In this document: positions 9,549 through 18,768 of the stretch, piece after piece | How positions within the stretch are numbered: position 1 is the first letter of the stretch | Layout: each line of letters opens with the position of its first letter | From: Candidatus Karelsulcia muelleri | GTDB lineage: Bacteria > Bacteroidota > Bacteroidia > Flavobacteriales > Blattabacteriaceae | DNA: 32,000 bases | Reading direction: 5' to 3' | Assembly (NCBI RefSeq): GCF_016888765.1 | Contig: NZ_CP069423.1 | Coordinates: 30,001-62,000, forward strand | The notes under the pieces: model-generated | What the model saw: only the letters and a program-made list of their open reading frames with translations | What the model was told of the DNA's origin: nothing | Databases searched by the model: none | Position numbers and translations under genes: made by a program

Positions 9549-12500
9549 TCAATTAAGATTTAAGCTTTGGATAGCTATTATTTTATAGAAAGATTTTTGT
9601 AAATAATTCTTTTTAATGATTAAATCTATAATCAAAACATTGTTTAATTTAATCTGTTTGTTATAAACAGAATAATTTCTTCCAATTAACAAAAAGTTTA
9701 CAACATCTGATTGATCCTCAATTGTAAATAATAAATATTTTCTATTATTTAGAGATTTCTTTATTTCTATATGAGAAACCATTCCACAAATAGTAAATTT
9801 AGTTTCACTTGTTTTTTGTTTTAGTTTTTTTATATTTAAATCGGTAATTTTTTTTATCTGTTTTTTATATTTCTCTATGGGATGAGAAAATAGATAAAAA
9901 CCTAAAACCTCTTTTTCATTATTTAGTTTTTCTAAATGATTCCATTTTATACAGTTTTTAAAATTAGGTTCTAATATATCTATATCACATATATTATTAA
10001 ATAATGTACTTTTTATATGTTTCTTTAAGTTTTGGTATTTTATACCAAATTTTATTATTTTTTCAATCATATTACTATGATTGTTTTTATCTTTTACAAA
10101 ATACTGTGCTCTATGAATTTCTTTGAAGACATCAAAGGCTCCAGAAAGAACTAAATTTTCTAAGACTTTTTTGTTAACTAATCTTAAATTAACATATTTT
10201 ACAATCTGGAAAATTGAAGTAAATTTTTTTATCTTTTTTCTATATTTTAAAATATTTTTTATAGAAGTCTTTCCTATTCCTTTAATCGCACATAATCCAT
10301 ATCTTATGGATTTGTTTTTACTTACTCCAAATTTATAATTGCTTAAATTTATATTCGGTCTTAAAATTTTTAAGCCCATACTTTGACACTCTTTTATTAA
10401 GAAAGAAATTTCTTTTATATTTTGCATGTTATGACTTAAAACAGATGACATATATTCAACCGGGAAATGACTCTTCAAATAACCTGTTTGAAATGATAAA
10501 AAAGTATAACTGGCTGAATGAGATTTATTAAAGGCATAAGAGGCGAAATTTTCCCAAGCATCCCAAATATTATATAATATCTGTTTAAAATGACCTTTTT
10601 TAATTCCTCCTTCTATAAATCTATCTTTCATTGAATCTAATAGATCTTTATTTTTTTTAGAAATGGCTTGTCTTAAGATATCAGCTTCAGCTTTATTAAA
10701 ATTGGAAACTTTTTGTGTTATAAGCATTACTTGCTCTTGATAAATAATTATACCTTTAGTTTCCTTTAAATATTCTTCTAATTCTGCTAATTCATATTTA
10801 ACTGGTTGGATGCCGTTTTTTCTATCTATATAATTAGATAAGTTTTTAAATGGACCAGGACGATACAAAGCAGTCATTATTATTAAATCATCAAAATGCC
10901 TTGGCTTTAATTTCTTTAAATTTTTTTGTATTCCTGATGATTCATATTGAAACACTGCTGTGGTTTTTCCACTTTGAAATAATGAGAAAGTTTTTTCATC
11001 TGTAAGAGAAATATCATTTAGATCGTATATATTATATTTCTCTTTATTAATTATCTTTAAAGCATCTTTTATTATACTTAAAGTTTTTAACCCTAATAAA
11101 TCTATTTTTAAGAGGCCTATTTTTTCGATTATTTTATTATCATACTGAGTTACTAAACAATTAGAAGATTTAGAAAAAATAATTGGTAAATATTCACGAA
11201 TATCATATTGAGTAATTAAAATACCACAAGCATGTATTCCGAATGTTCTTATATTTCCTTCTATTTTAAGAGCTAGATCGACTATTTTTTTTAAACATTT
11301 ATTTTTTTTAATTTCTTTTTTTATTAATAAAAGATTATTATACTCTCTATTATTTAATAGACTTATCAAGTCTTTATTTTGTTTTCGAAATAAAATTTTC
11401 AAACTCAAATTCGGAATTAATTTTGACAGGGTATTTATTTCTTTAAAAGGATAATTTAATACTCTTGCAGCATCTCTAAAAGCTGATTTTGCTCCTAAAG
11501 TTCCATATGTTATTATTTGAGACACTTTAATTCCGCTATATTTATTAATTAACCATTTAATTATTTTATCTCTTCCTTTATCATCAAAATCTATATCAAT
11601 ATCAGGTAAAATTAAGCGACTTTTATTTAAAAATCTTTCAAAAAGTAAATTGTATTTAACTGGATGTACTCTAGTTATATCTAAGCAATAAGCCACTAAA
11701 GACCCAACTACTGAACCTCTTCCTGGACCAACAAATATTCCTATTTTTCTAGCTTTTTTTATAATATCTCTTACAATTAAAAAATATCCAGGATAATTTA
11801 TTATTTCTATAAGTCTCAATTCGAAATCTAAACGATTATTTATTTTGTGAGTAAGAACTTTAAATTTTTCTTGAGCCTTTTTAAGGACGAGTTCTTTTAA
11901 ATATTTATTTTCATAATATTCTATATTTTCTTTTAAGGTATTATTAGAATGAGATTTAAGATTATGAAAATAATATTTTGGAAAATTTCTACTTTCTGCA
12001 ATTTGAAACACTTCAATCTTTGTAAAAAGTTCCTTCAAGTTTTTGAAGCCTTCTGGAAAATCAGAAAATAAATCATACATTAATGATTTGGATTTTACAT
12101 AATGTTCTTGACTCGTTAATCCCTGTTTTTCCCCAGATTTAAGACATAGTAAAATATCTTGAACTTCAGCTTCTTTTTTATTTAGATAAAAATTATTATT
12201 TTGTATAATATAACGTATATTATATATATTAGAAAACTTTAATAAAATTTTATTAATTTCATTTTCGACTTCTAACCCATGTCTAAAAAGTTCTATATAA
12301 AAATCCTTTCCAAATTCTTTTAACCACCATTTAATTTTATTCTCGGCTGCTTCAAGATCCTTATTTTTAATAAAAAAAGAAATTTCAGACTGGCTATCAC
12401 TACTTAAAGCTAGTAAATTAGATTTATATTGTTTAATTAAATTAATATTTATTATAGGTCGACCGGTATAATATCCTTCTATATAACTTAAAGAACATAA

Positions 12501-13361
12501 TTTAACTAGATTGTAATAACCTTTTAAATTTTTAGCTATTAAAACTTGATTATGATATTTCTCTTTAGAGTTATAATTATTAGCAGTAAAGAGAAAAAAT
12601 TCACAGCCAATTATAGGTTTAATGTTTAAATTAAATATTTGATTATAATTTTCTATAGTTTTTATAAATTGTACTACCCCCATCAGATTTCCATAATCAG
12701 TTAAACCAATAGCTTGCATCTTATATTTAACTATTTTTCTGACTAAAGAATCTATATCTAGAGTAGAATTTAATATCGAATACGAGGAATGATTATGTAT
12801 ATGATAATAAGATTTTTTAATCTTATTCCTTTTATCTTTTTTTTTAGAGAATATAAATTCTGTTTTAGTTGATGTGGGTGGTTGTGCTGACCAGTTTAAT
12901 TGTATTTTTTGAATATATCTTGTCTGATTAAGAATTAATTTAAAAAAACATTTAGCAGTTATTAGTACTCCATTTTTTAGTGAGGCTTTAAATAGGAAAT
13001 TATAAATTTCAGATAATTTAGGCCATCTAATCTTATTATTAGAAATACTAAAAAGCGTGATGGAAAGACTTTGTAGATCAATAATATATTGATGATTTAA
13101 TCTAGTATATATTAATATATTATCAGGAATAAACAATTCCTTATTTCTGAATTGAAGTATGAATTTTAATAAGAAATAAATATTATACCCAATAATTACT
13201 TTACTTAGTTTTATGTGATCAAGAAATTTAAGAATATACTTATTACTTTTCCCTAGTAATTTAGTGTTAAATTCTAAGATCTTAAAATCTATACTATAGA
13301 TTATCCAGGACAATCTGTTAATTAGATTATCTTTATATTCTATATTGAATATTAAAAACAT
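9549..13361 (-). CDS. dnaE: DNA polymerase III alpha subunit with an N-terminal DnaQ-like (degenerate) exonuclease domain; start probably Met at 13361 rather than 13436
   Basis: PHP region YHIHNHSSYSIL...GLTDYGNLMG; catalytic PDIDIDF; FVGPGRGSVVGSLVAYCLDIT; RPGPFKNLSNYIDRKNG. The ORF-track start at 13436 lies inside tRNA-Val. Confidence 0.95.
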   Translation of the reverse strand: MFLIFNIEYKDNLINRLSWIIYSIDFKILEFNTKLLGKSNKYILKFLDHIKLSKVIIGYNIYFLLKFILQFRNKELFIPDNILIYTRLNHQYIIDLQSLSITLFSISNNKIRWPKLSEIYNFLFKASLKNGVLITAKCFFKLILNQTRYIQKIQLNWSAQPPTSTKTEFIFSKKKDKRNKIKKSYYHIHNHSSYSILNSTLDIDSLVRKIVKYKMQAIGLTDYGNLMGVVQFIKTIENYNQIFNLNIKPIIGCEFFLFTANNYNSKEKYHNQVLIAKNLKGYYNLVKLCSLSYIEGYYTGRPIININLIKQYKSNLLALSSDSQSEISFFIKNKDLEAAENKIKWWLKEFGKDFYIELFRHGLEVENEINKILLKFSNIYNIRYIIQNNNFYLNKKEAEVQDILLCLKSGEKQGLTSQEHYVKSKSLMYDLFSDFPEGFKNLKELFTKIEVFQIAESRNFPKYYFHNLKSHSNNTLKENIEYYENKYLKELVLKKAQEKFKVLTHKINNRLDFELRLIEIINYPGYFLIVRDIIKKARKIGIFVGPGRGSVVGSLVAYCLDITRVHPVKYNLLFERFLNKSRLILPDIDIDFDDKGRDKIIKWLINKYSGIKVSQIITYGTLGAKSAFRDAARVLNYPFKEINTLSKLIPNLSLKILFRKQNKDLISLLNNREYNNLLLIKKEIKKNKCLKKIVDLALKIEGNIRTFGIHACGILITQYDIREYLPIIFSKSSNCLVTQYDNKIIEKIGLLKIDLLGLKTLSIIKDALKIINKEKYNIYDLNDISLTDEKTFSLFQSGKTTAVFQYESSGIQKNLKKLKPRHFDDLIIMTALYRPGPFKNLSNYIDRKNGIQPVKYELAELEEYLKETKGIIIYQEQVMLITQKVSNFNKAEADILRQAISKKNKDLLDSMKDRFIEGGIKKGHFKQILYNIWDAWENFASYAFNKSHSASYTFLSFQTGYLKSHFPVEYMSSVLSHNMQNIKEISFLIKECQSMGLKILRPNINLSNYKFGVSKNKSIRYGLCAIKGIGKTSIKNILKYRKKIKKFTSIFQIVKYVNLRLVNKKVLENLVLSGAFDVFKEIHRAQYFVKDKNNHSNMIEKIIKFGIKYQNLKKHIKSTLFNNICDIDILEPNFKNCIKWNHLEKLNNEKEVLGFYLFSHPIEKYKKQIKKITDLNIKKLKQKTSETKFTICGMVSHIEIKKSLNNRKYLLFTIEDQSDVVNFLLIGRNYSVYNKQIKLNNVLIIDLIIKKNYLQKSFYKIIAIQSLNLN

Positions 13362-13376
13362 AATAAAAACATTATT

Positions 13377-13451
13377 TGGGTGATACTGGAGTCGAACCAG
13401 TGACCCTCTGTTTGTAAAGCAGATGCTCTGAACCAACTGAGCTAATCACCC
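13377..13451 (-). tRNA. tRNA-Val (anticodon TAC)
   Basis: Reverse complement GGGTGAT...ATCACCC acceptor, anticodon loop TTTACAA, GGTTCGACTCC. Confidence 0.93.
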
Positions 13452-13456
13452 TTATT

Positions 13457-14812
13457 TTATTTTCCTATACAAAACCTATCAAAAATATGAAATAATATTT
13501 CTTCATTAGTTATAGTCCCAATTATTTTCTCTAAACTATAATTAGCTTCTTTTAAGAGAAGAGATAAAATTTCAGGCTCAATACCTATTTTAAGCTTGGA
13601 TTTAATTTTCTTTAATTTAAAGAAAGCTTTTTTTAATTCTTCGTAATGTCTTATATTTGTAATTATTGTTTTCTTATTATTTTTTATAAAGCTTTCACTA
13701 ATACTTTTGAGTTGATTTAATAAATAATTTATTCCAATTCCATACTTGGCTGATATTAGGATTGGACTAGATTGTAGTTTTATTTTTTGTTTTAACAAAT
13801 CACATTTGTTAATAATAAATATTATTTCTTTTTTAAAGAAAGATTTATAATATTTTTGTATATGTTGATGTTTAGGATTTATCTTATTAGTTAGATACAT
13901 TATAATTTCGGATTTTTTTATGTTTTCAATTGTTTTTTTTATTCCTTTTAATTCTAATTTATTTAGAGTATTTTTTTTAATGCCAGCATTATCAATTAAT
14001 CTATATTTGATACCATCTATATAGATATTTTCTTCAATATAGTTTATGGTAGTCCCAGATTTATTAGATACTATTGATCTCTCAGCTTTTAATAAAAAAT
14101 TAAATAATGTAGATTTGCCAACATTAGGTTTACCAATTATTGCTATAGCAATCCCTTTTTTAAAAAACAGACCTAATTTAAATGAATTAATTAAATCTTT
14201 AATATGGTTTATTATATTTAATAATAAGTTATTAAAAGCTAGGATATTGTTTTTATTAATATCTTCCTCTGAAAAATCTATCCAAAATTCAAGCATAGTA
14301 TTTAGAGTTAAAATTTTTGTTCTTAGATTTTTTATAATTAGAGATACATCTCCTCTTAAATTATTTAAGGCTAAATTATGGTCTAATTTATTCTCTGAAT
14401 AAAATAATTCTAATAATGATTCTACCTGATAAAGGTCTAATTTTCCGTTTTTAAATGCTCGAAACGTAAATTCCCCCCTAGTAGCTAATCTAGCTCCATG
14501 AGTTATTATTAAATCTAATATTTTATTTTGAATATATATAGATCCATGACAAGATATTTCTATTATATCTTCTCCAGTATATGAATTTGGGGATTTGAAT
14601 ATATTTATTAATACTTTATCAATTAAAGTATTTTTTGAATATATATAACCCAAATATATTCTTCTGCTTTTTAGATTTTTTAGTTTTGGTTTAAAGATGA
14701 TATCAATTATCTTAAAACTTAATTGTCCTGAAATTCTGATAACAGCTATAGCTCCTATTCCAGGTGGAGTGGCTATAGCTGTTATAGTATCGTTATTATC
14801 TATATTAAACAT
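13457..14812 (-). CDS. mnmE: tRNA modification GTPase MnmE (TrmE)
   Basis: IAAIATPPGIGAIAVIRISG, GEFTFRAFKNGKLDL, P-loop GKPNVGKSTLFN, C-terminal IFDRFCIGK. Confidence 0.96.
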   Translation of the reverse strand: MFNIDNNDTITAIATPPGIGAIAVIRISGQLSFKIIDIIFKPKLKNLKSRRIYLGYIYSKNTLIDKVLINIFKSPNSYTGEDIIEISCHGSIYIQNKILDLIITHGARLATRGEFTFRAFKNGKLDLYQVESLLELFYSENKLDHNLALNNLRGDVSLIIKNLRTKILTLNTMLEFWIDFSEEDINKNNILAFNNLLLNIINHIKDLINSFKLGLFFKKGIAIAIIGKPNVGKSTLFNFLLKAERSIVSNKSGTTINYIEENIYIDGIKYRLIDNAGIKKNTLNKLELKGIKKTIENIKKSEIIMYLTNKINPKHQHIQKYYKSFFKKEIIFIINKCDLLKQKIKLQSSPILISAKYGIGINYLLNQLKSISESFIKNNKKTIITNIRHYEELKKAFFKLKKIKSKLKIGIEPEILSLLLKEANYSLEKIIGTITNEEILFHIFDRFCIGK

Positions 14813-14850
14813 TTTTTTTTCTTTAGTATTAGAAAGACCATTTTTAATGA

Positions 14851-15684
14851 TTATATTAATCTAATAATTAAGTTAATTATTTTTTCTATTTCTGATTTTA
14901 AAATCATTTCTATTGGTGTTTTGAAATATTTTATCTTTATATTTATATTTATATATATCTTTTTTCTGTTTTGAAATATTTTAATCTTTATATGATTTTT
15001 TTTACAAAAATATATTAATTCACTACCTAGAGGTTTTTTTATAAAAAAATCGAGAATTTTTAATTTGTTATTTATTAAAACACTTAAATTTACTAAGTAA
15101 TTCATGAAGTATAATTTCGTCTGCTTGGCTTTTATAAGAATAAAATTTAGTTTTTGTTTTAAACTTAAATTAAGCAATTCCCAAAGAATAAATAAACCAA
15201 TTTTATTTGTAATTTCATTACTTAATAAATATTTATTATTAAATATTGAAAACTCTTCTTGTAATACTACTTTATCTCCTAAATTAATACCTAAAGAATA
15301 GACTTCTTTTAAAGCTTTAGTTCCAATATCTATTTTAAGTTTGTTTTTTTGAGTAGGAATTAATACCCCTGGTATTAGATTACCTTTCTTATTATATATA
15401 AAGATTTTTTTATAGAATAAATACTTTCGATTTATATCAAGACCTTTATTAAGAAAGATAAAACCAGAATTAGATATATATTTAATATTCCAATAATTTT
15501 TTCTTATATAAGTTATATATATAGGGGTTAATTTAAGATTTTTTCCTAAGATATTACCATTAGGTTTTATACTAAAATAATCGCTAGCTTGTTTTATATA
15601 ATCTATAAAGATATTATTTAAGAAGGAATCATAAGTTAAAATTTTAAAAAATAAATATTCTGAGTTGGTTGTAAATTTATACAT
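14851..15684 (-). CDS. Degenerate M42-family (glutamyl aminopeptidase-like) protein; catalytic/metal residues apparently lost
   Basis: IDIGTKALKEVYSLGINLGDKVVLQEEF...SNEITNKIGLFILWELL and the C-terminal KYFKTPIEMILKSEIEKIINLI align to the M42 signature regions IDxGxxxxEExxxxGIxxGDxVxxxxxF...ALDNRxG and RYMHTxVEMxxxxDxExxxxLI. Confidence 0.6.
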   Translation of the reverse strand: MYKFTTNSEYLFFKILTYDSFLNNIFIDYIKQASDYFSIKPNGNILGKNLKLTPIYITYIRKNYWNIKYISNSGFIFLNKGLDINRKYLFYKKIFIYNKKGNLIPGVLIPTQKNKLKIDIGTKALKEVYSLGINLGDKVVLQEEFSIFNNKYLLSNEITNKIGLFILWELLNLSLKQKLNFILIKAKQTKLYFMNYLVNLSVLINNKLKILDFFIKKPLGSELIYFCKKNHIKIKIFQNRKKIYININIKIKYFKTPIEMILKSEIEKIINLIIRLI

Positions 15685-17044
15685 TATCTATCTCTACAAA
15701 TTTAATTTTATCCTGAGAAAATTTCATTCTTATATTATCGATTTTTCCATTTCTATTTTTTGCTATTATTATTTCAGCTTCTCCTTGACATTCTTCTCTA
15801 TTACCAGTATCCCAATTAGTAAATCCATAATATTCTGGTCGATAAATAAAAGCTACAATATCTGCATCTTGTTCTAATGCTCCTGATTCTCGTAAATCTG
15901 AAAGAATTGGTCTTTTTCTACCTCCTCTAATTTCAACTGCTCTAGATAATTGAGATAAAGCTATGATAGGAATATTAAACTCTTTAGAAATAGCTTTCAA
16001 ATTTCTAGAGATATATGATACTTCTTGTTCTCTTTGAATATTTTTATTTTCTAGTTTCCCATAATTCATTAATTGTAAATAATCTATAATGACTAATTTT
16101 ATTTTATTTCTTAAAATTTCTCTTCTACATTTTGTACGTAATTCAAATATAGATAAATGATGAGTATCATCTAGAAATAATGGAGATTCTCCTAATACTT
16201 TGATTTTACTTTTTACAAGCTCCCATTCTGATTTAGATAAATCAGACCTTTTTAATCTTTCTGATGGAATCCCTGTTTCTGAAGAAATTAATCTAGTTAC
16301 TAGTTGAGCCGAAGACATTTCTAATGATAAAATTAAAGTTGGTATTTTAAAATTAATAACTATATTCCGAGCCATAGATAAAGCAAAAGATGTCTTTCCC
16401 ATACCAGGTCGAGCTGCAATAATTGTTAATTCTGAGTTTTGCCATCCGCAAGTAACTTTATCAAGACCTTTAAAACCAGAAGGAATTCCACTTAATTTAC
16501 CTTTCTTATCTTTAAGATTTTTTATTGTATTATTTAATAAATCGCTTATAGCTTTTGTGTTATCTTTGATATTAGTTTTATTATTAATTTCGAATAATCT
16601 TCTTTCAGCATAATCTAATAATTTAAAAACATCACTTTTTTCTTCAGAAGATAATTTAATAATATCATAAGAAGTTTCTATTAATTTTCTTAAAATAAAT
16701 TTATCTTTTATAATTTGACTATGACATTCTATATGAGCTGGAGATGCTATTCTTTGTGTTAATTGGGTTAAATAAAACTCCCCTCCAACTAGTTCTAATT
16801 TACTAGTTTTTTTTAATTCGTTAGAAACTGTATATATATCTATAGGCTCATATGAATTATATAATTTAATTATTACTTTAATAATTTCTTTATGTTTTTT
16901 TTTATAAAAAATATCTGGAGAGATGATATCAATTATCTCGTCTAAACAGTTTTGATCTATTAAGATCCCCCCGATTACAGCTTCTTCTAAATTTAAGGCT
17001 TGTGGTGGCATAATTTCTTTCTTCTTTTTTAAAAAATTACTCAT
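15677..17044 (-). CDS. dnaB: replicative DNA helicase
   Basis: PPQALNLEEAVIGGILID, LTIIAARPGMGKTSFALSMARN, VIIDYLQLM, IPIIALSQLSR. Confidence 0.97.
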   Translation of the reverse strand: MSNFLKKKKEIMPPQALNLEEAVIGGILIDQNCLDEIIDIISPDIFYKKKHKEIIKVIIKLYNSYEPIDIYTVSNELKKTSKLELVGGEFYLTQLTQRIASPAHIECHSQIIKDKFILRKLIETSYDIIKLSSEEKSDVFKLLDYAERRLFEINNKTNIKDNTKAISDLLNNTIKNLKDKKGKLSGIPSGFKGLDKVTCGWQNSELTIIAARPGMGKTSFALSMARNIVINFKIPTLILSLEMSSAQLVTRLISSETGIPSERLKRSDLSKSEWELVKSKIKVLGESPLFLDDTHHLSIFELRTKCRREILRNKIKLVIIDYLQLMNYGKLENKNIQREQEVSYISRNLKAISKEFNIPIIALSQLSRAVEIRGGRKRPILSDLRESGALEQDADIVAFIYRPEYYGFTNWDTGNREECQGEAEIIIAKNRNGKIDNIRMKFSQDKIKFVEIDNV

Positions 17045-17122
17045 TCCTCATATTTGTTAAAAAAACGTATAAGTATAAGTATAAAGTAAAGTAGTTAATT
17101 AATTCTAATAATAAGAAACAAA

Positions 17123-17665
17123 ATGAATAACAATAATAAGAAAATTAAAAATAACAATAAAAAAAAATCCCTGTTATTAAAACTAATTAGATATATTGAA
17201 CATAGGCATATTAAACACAAAGAAAATATAATAAAATTAATGTTAAACTTTAATAAGTATAAAAAAAATAAAATTAATAAATTAATAGGCCTTATGGCTG
17301 AGTTTGAAAATTATAAAAAACGTATAGAAAAGAACAAAAAGCTAATAATAGAAACTGCTAATAAAAACTTATTATTAGAATTGCTAAGTTTAGCAGAGGA
17401 TTTTAAGAGATGCTTTAATAGCAAGAAAGATAAGGAAGGAATAAAAATAATAAATAGAAAATTATGGAACCTTTTAAAAAAAGAAGGGATAAAAAAAATC
17501 AAATCGAAAAAAGGAGATGTTTTTAATACAGATATTCATGAAGCAGTATCAATACAAACTATAAAAAAAAATGAAATGAAAGGAAAAATATTACACATAA
17601 TAGAATCAGGATATAGTTTTAAAAAAAAAATAATTAAATATACTAAAGTAATTGTAGGAAAATAA
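17123..17665 (+). CDS. grpE: nucleotide exchange factor GrpE (divergent)
   Basis: LMAEFENYKKRIEKNKK...LLSLAEDFKRCF...GVFNTDIHEAVS...GKILHIIESGYSFKKKIIKYTKVIVGK; adjacent to dnaJ. Confidence 0.88.
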   Translation: MNNNNKKIKNNNKKKSLLLKLIRYIEHRHIKHKENIIKLMLNFNKYKKNKINKLIGLMAEFENYKKRIEKNKKLIIETANKNLLLELLSLAEDFKRCFNSKKDKEGIKIINRKLWNLLKKEGIKKIKSKKGDVFNTDIHEAVSIQTIKKNEMKGKILHIIESGYSFKKKIIKYTKVIVGK

Positions 17666-18745
17666 ATGAAGAAAAAAGATTATTATGAAATCCTTGGAGT
17701 AAATAGAGATGCAACTCTTGATCAAATAAAAAGAGCATACAGAAAATTAGCCTTAAAATATCATCCCGATAAAAATAGAGAAAAAGAGGCTGAAGAAAAA
17801 TTCAAAGAAGCTGCAGAAGCTTATAATGTATTAAGTGATAAAAATAAGAGAAATACATACGATCAATATGGACATCAAAATTATCAAGAAAGTAATAATC
17901 TAAATATAGAAGATATATTATCTAATTTTGGAGATCTATTTAATGATACCTTAGGTGGTTTCACAGAATTTGTAGACAGATCTGAAGATACTTCAGATAG
18001 GAATAGAGGAGAAGACTTAAGAATTAAAATTAAATTAGATTTAGTGGAAATTTATAAAGGTGTTAAAAAACAAGTAAAAGTTAAACGACTTAAATGTTCC
18101 AAAAATTTAAACTTTCAAAGTTGTGATTATTGTGATGGAACAGGCAATATTAATAAATATACTAGTACTTTTTTAGGGAGAATACAAACTAGTATAACTT
18201 GTAATCACTGTTTAGGGTTAGGTAAAATAATAAAAAATATTCCACTAGGAGTAAATAATCAAGGTCTAAAGAAAGTTGAAGAATTAATAAATATTAAAAT
18301 TCCAGCTGGAGCTAGGCAGAAAATGCAACTGAGAATATTAGGTAAAGGGAATGATCCAGTTTTTGGGATTGGTGTACCAGGTGATTTAATTGTTATAGTA
18401 GAAGAACTACCACATAAAAACTTAAAAAGAGATGGGGATAATTTATCATATGATTTGTATTTATCAATCCCCAAAGCCATATTAGGAACATTTGAATATA
18501 TACCTACTATAACAGGTAAAGCCAGAGTTAAAATAGAACCAGGAATTCAACCAGGAAAAATTTTAAGATTAAAAGGAAAAGGACTCCCAAAAATCAAAGG
18601 CTTTGGAAGAGGAGACTTATTTGTCAATATAAAGATTTGGATTCCTAAAAAAATAAATAGGGAACAACGACTTGTTTTTAACAAAATTAAAAATGATCCT
18701 AATTTTATACCAAAACCTAAAAATAATAAAGAAAGAGTAAAATAA
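17666..18745 (+). CDS. dnaJ: chaperone DnaJ (two CxxCxGxG repeats only, no extended G/F region)
   Basis: J-domain [33 protein letters not shown]; CDYCDGTG and CNHCLGLG; [17 protein letters not shown]. Confidence 0.95.
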   Translation: MKKKDYYEILGVNRDATLDQIKRAYRKLALKYHPDKNREKEAEEKFKEAAEAYNVLSDKNKRNTYDQYGHQNYQESNNLNIEDILSNFGDLFNDTLGGFTEFVDRSEDTSDRNRGEDLRIKIKLDLVEIYKGVKKQVKVKRLKCSKNLNFQSCDYCDGTGNINKYTSTFLGRIQTSITCNHCLGLGKIIKNIPLGVNNQGLKKVEELINIKIPAGARQKMQLRILGKGNDPVFGIGVPGDLIVIVEELPHKNLKRDGDNLSYDLYLSIPKAILGTFEYIPTITGKARVKIEPGIQPGKILRLKGKGLPKIKGFGRGDLFVNIKIWIPKKINREQRLVFNKIKNDPNFIPKPKNNKERVK

Positions 18746-18768
18746 ATCTAAGACTAAGACTAAGAAGA
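18746..18768. repeat. CTAAGA x3 short tandem repeat directly upstream of mnmA
   Basis: Sequence ATCTAAGACTAAGACTAAGAAGA before ATG. Confidence 0.85.

Noticed and set aside
9030-10338. Plus-strand ORFs of 79 and 71 aa antisense to tilS and dnaE (9030-9269, 10123-10338)
   Set aside because: Fully inside confident genes on the opposite strand; no homology features.
13362-13436. ORF-track extension of dnaE start to 13436 (MVQSICFTNRGSLVRLQYHPNNVFI)
   Set aside because: This stretch is read through tRNA-Val and its flank; MFLIFNIEY at 13361 matches the expected N-terminus.
14046-14402. 118-aa plus-strand ORF antisense to mnmE
   Set aside because: Contained in the mnmE GTPase region; no recognisable domain.
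15104-15877. Plus-strand ORFs 15104-15301 and 15665-15877
   Set aside because: Antisense to the M42-like gene and dnaB; low-complexity hydrophobic translations.
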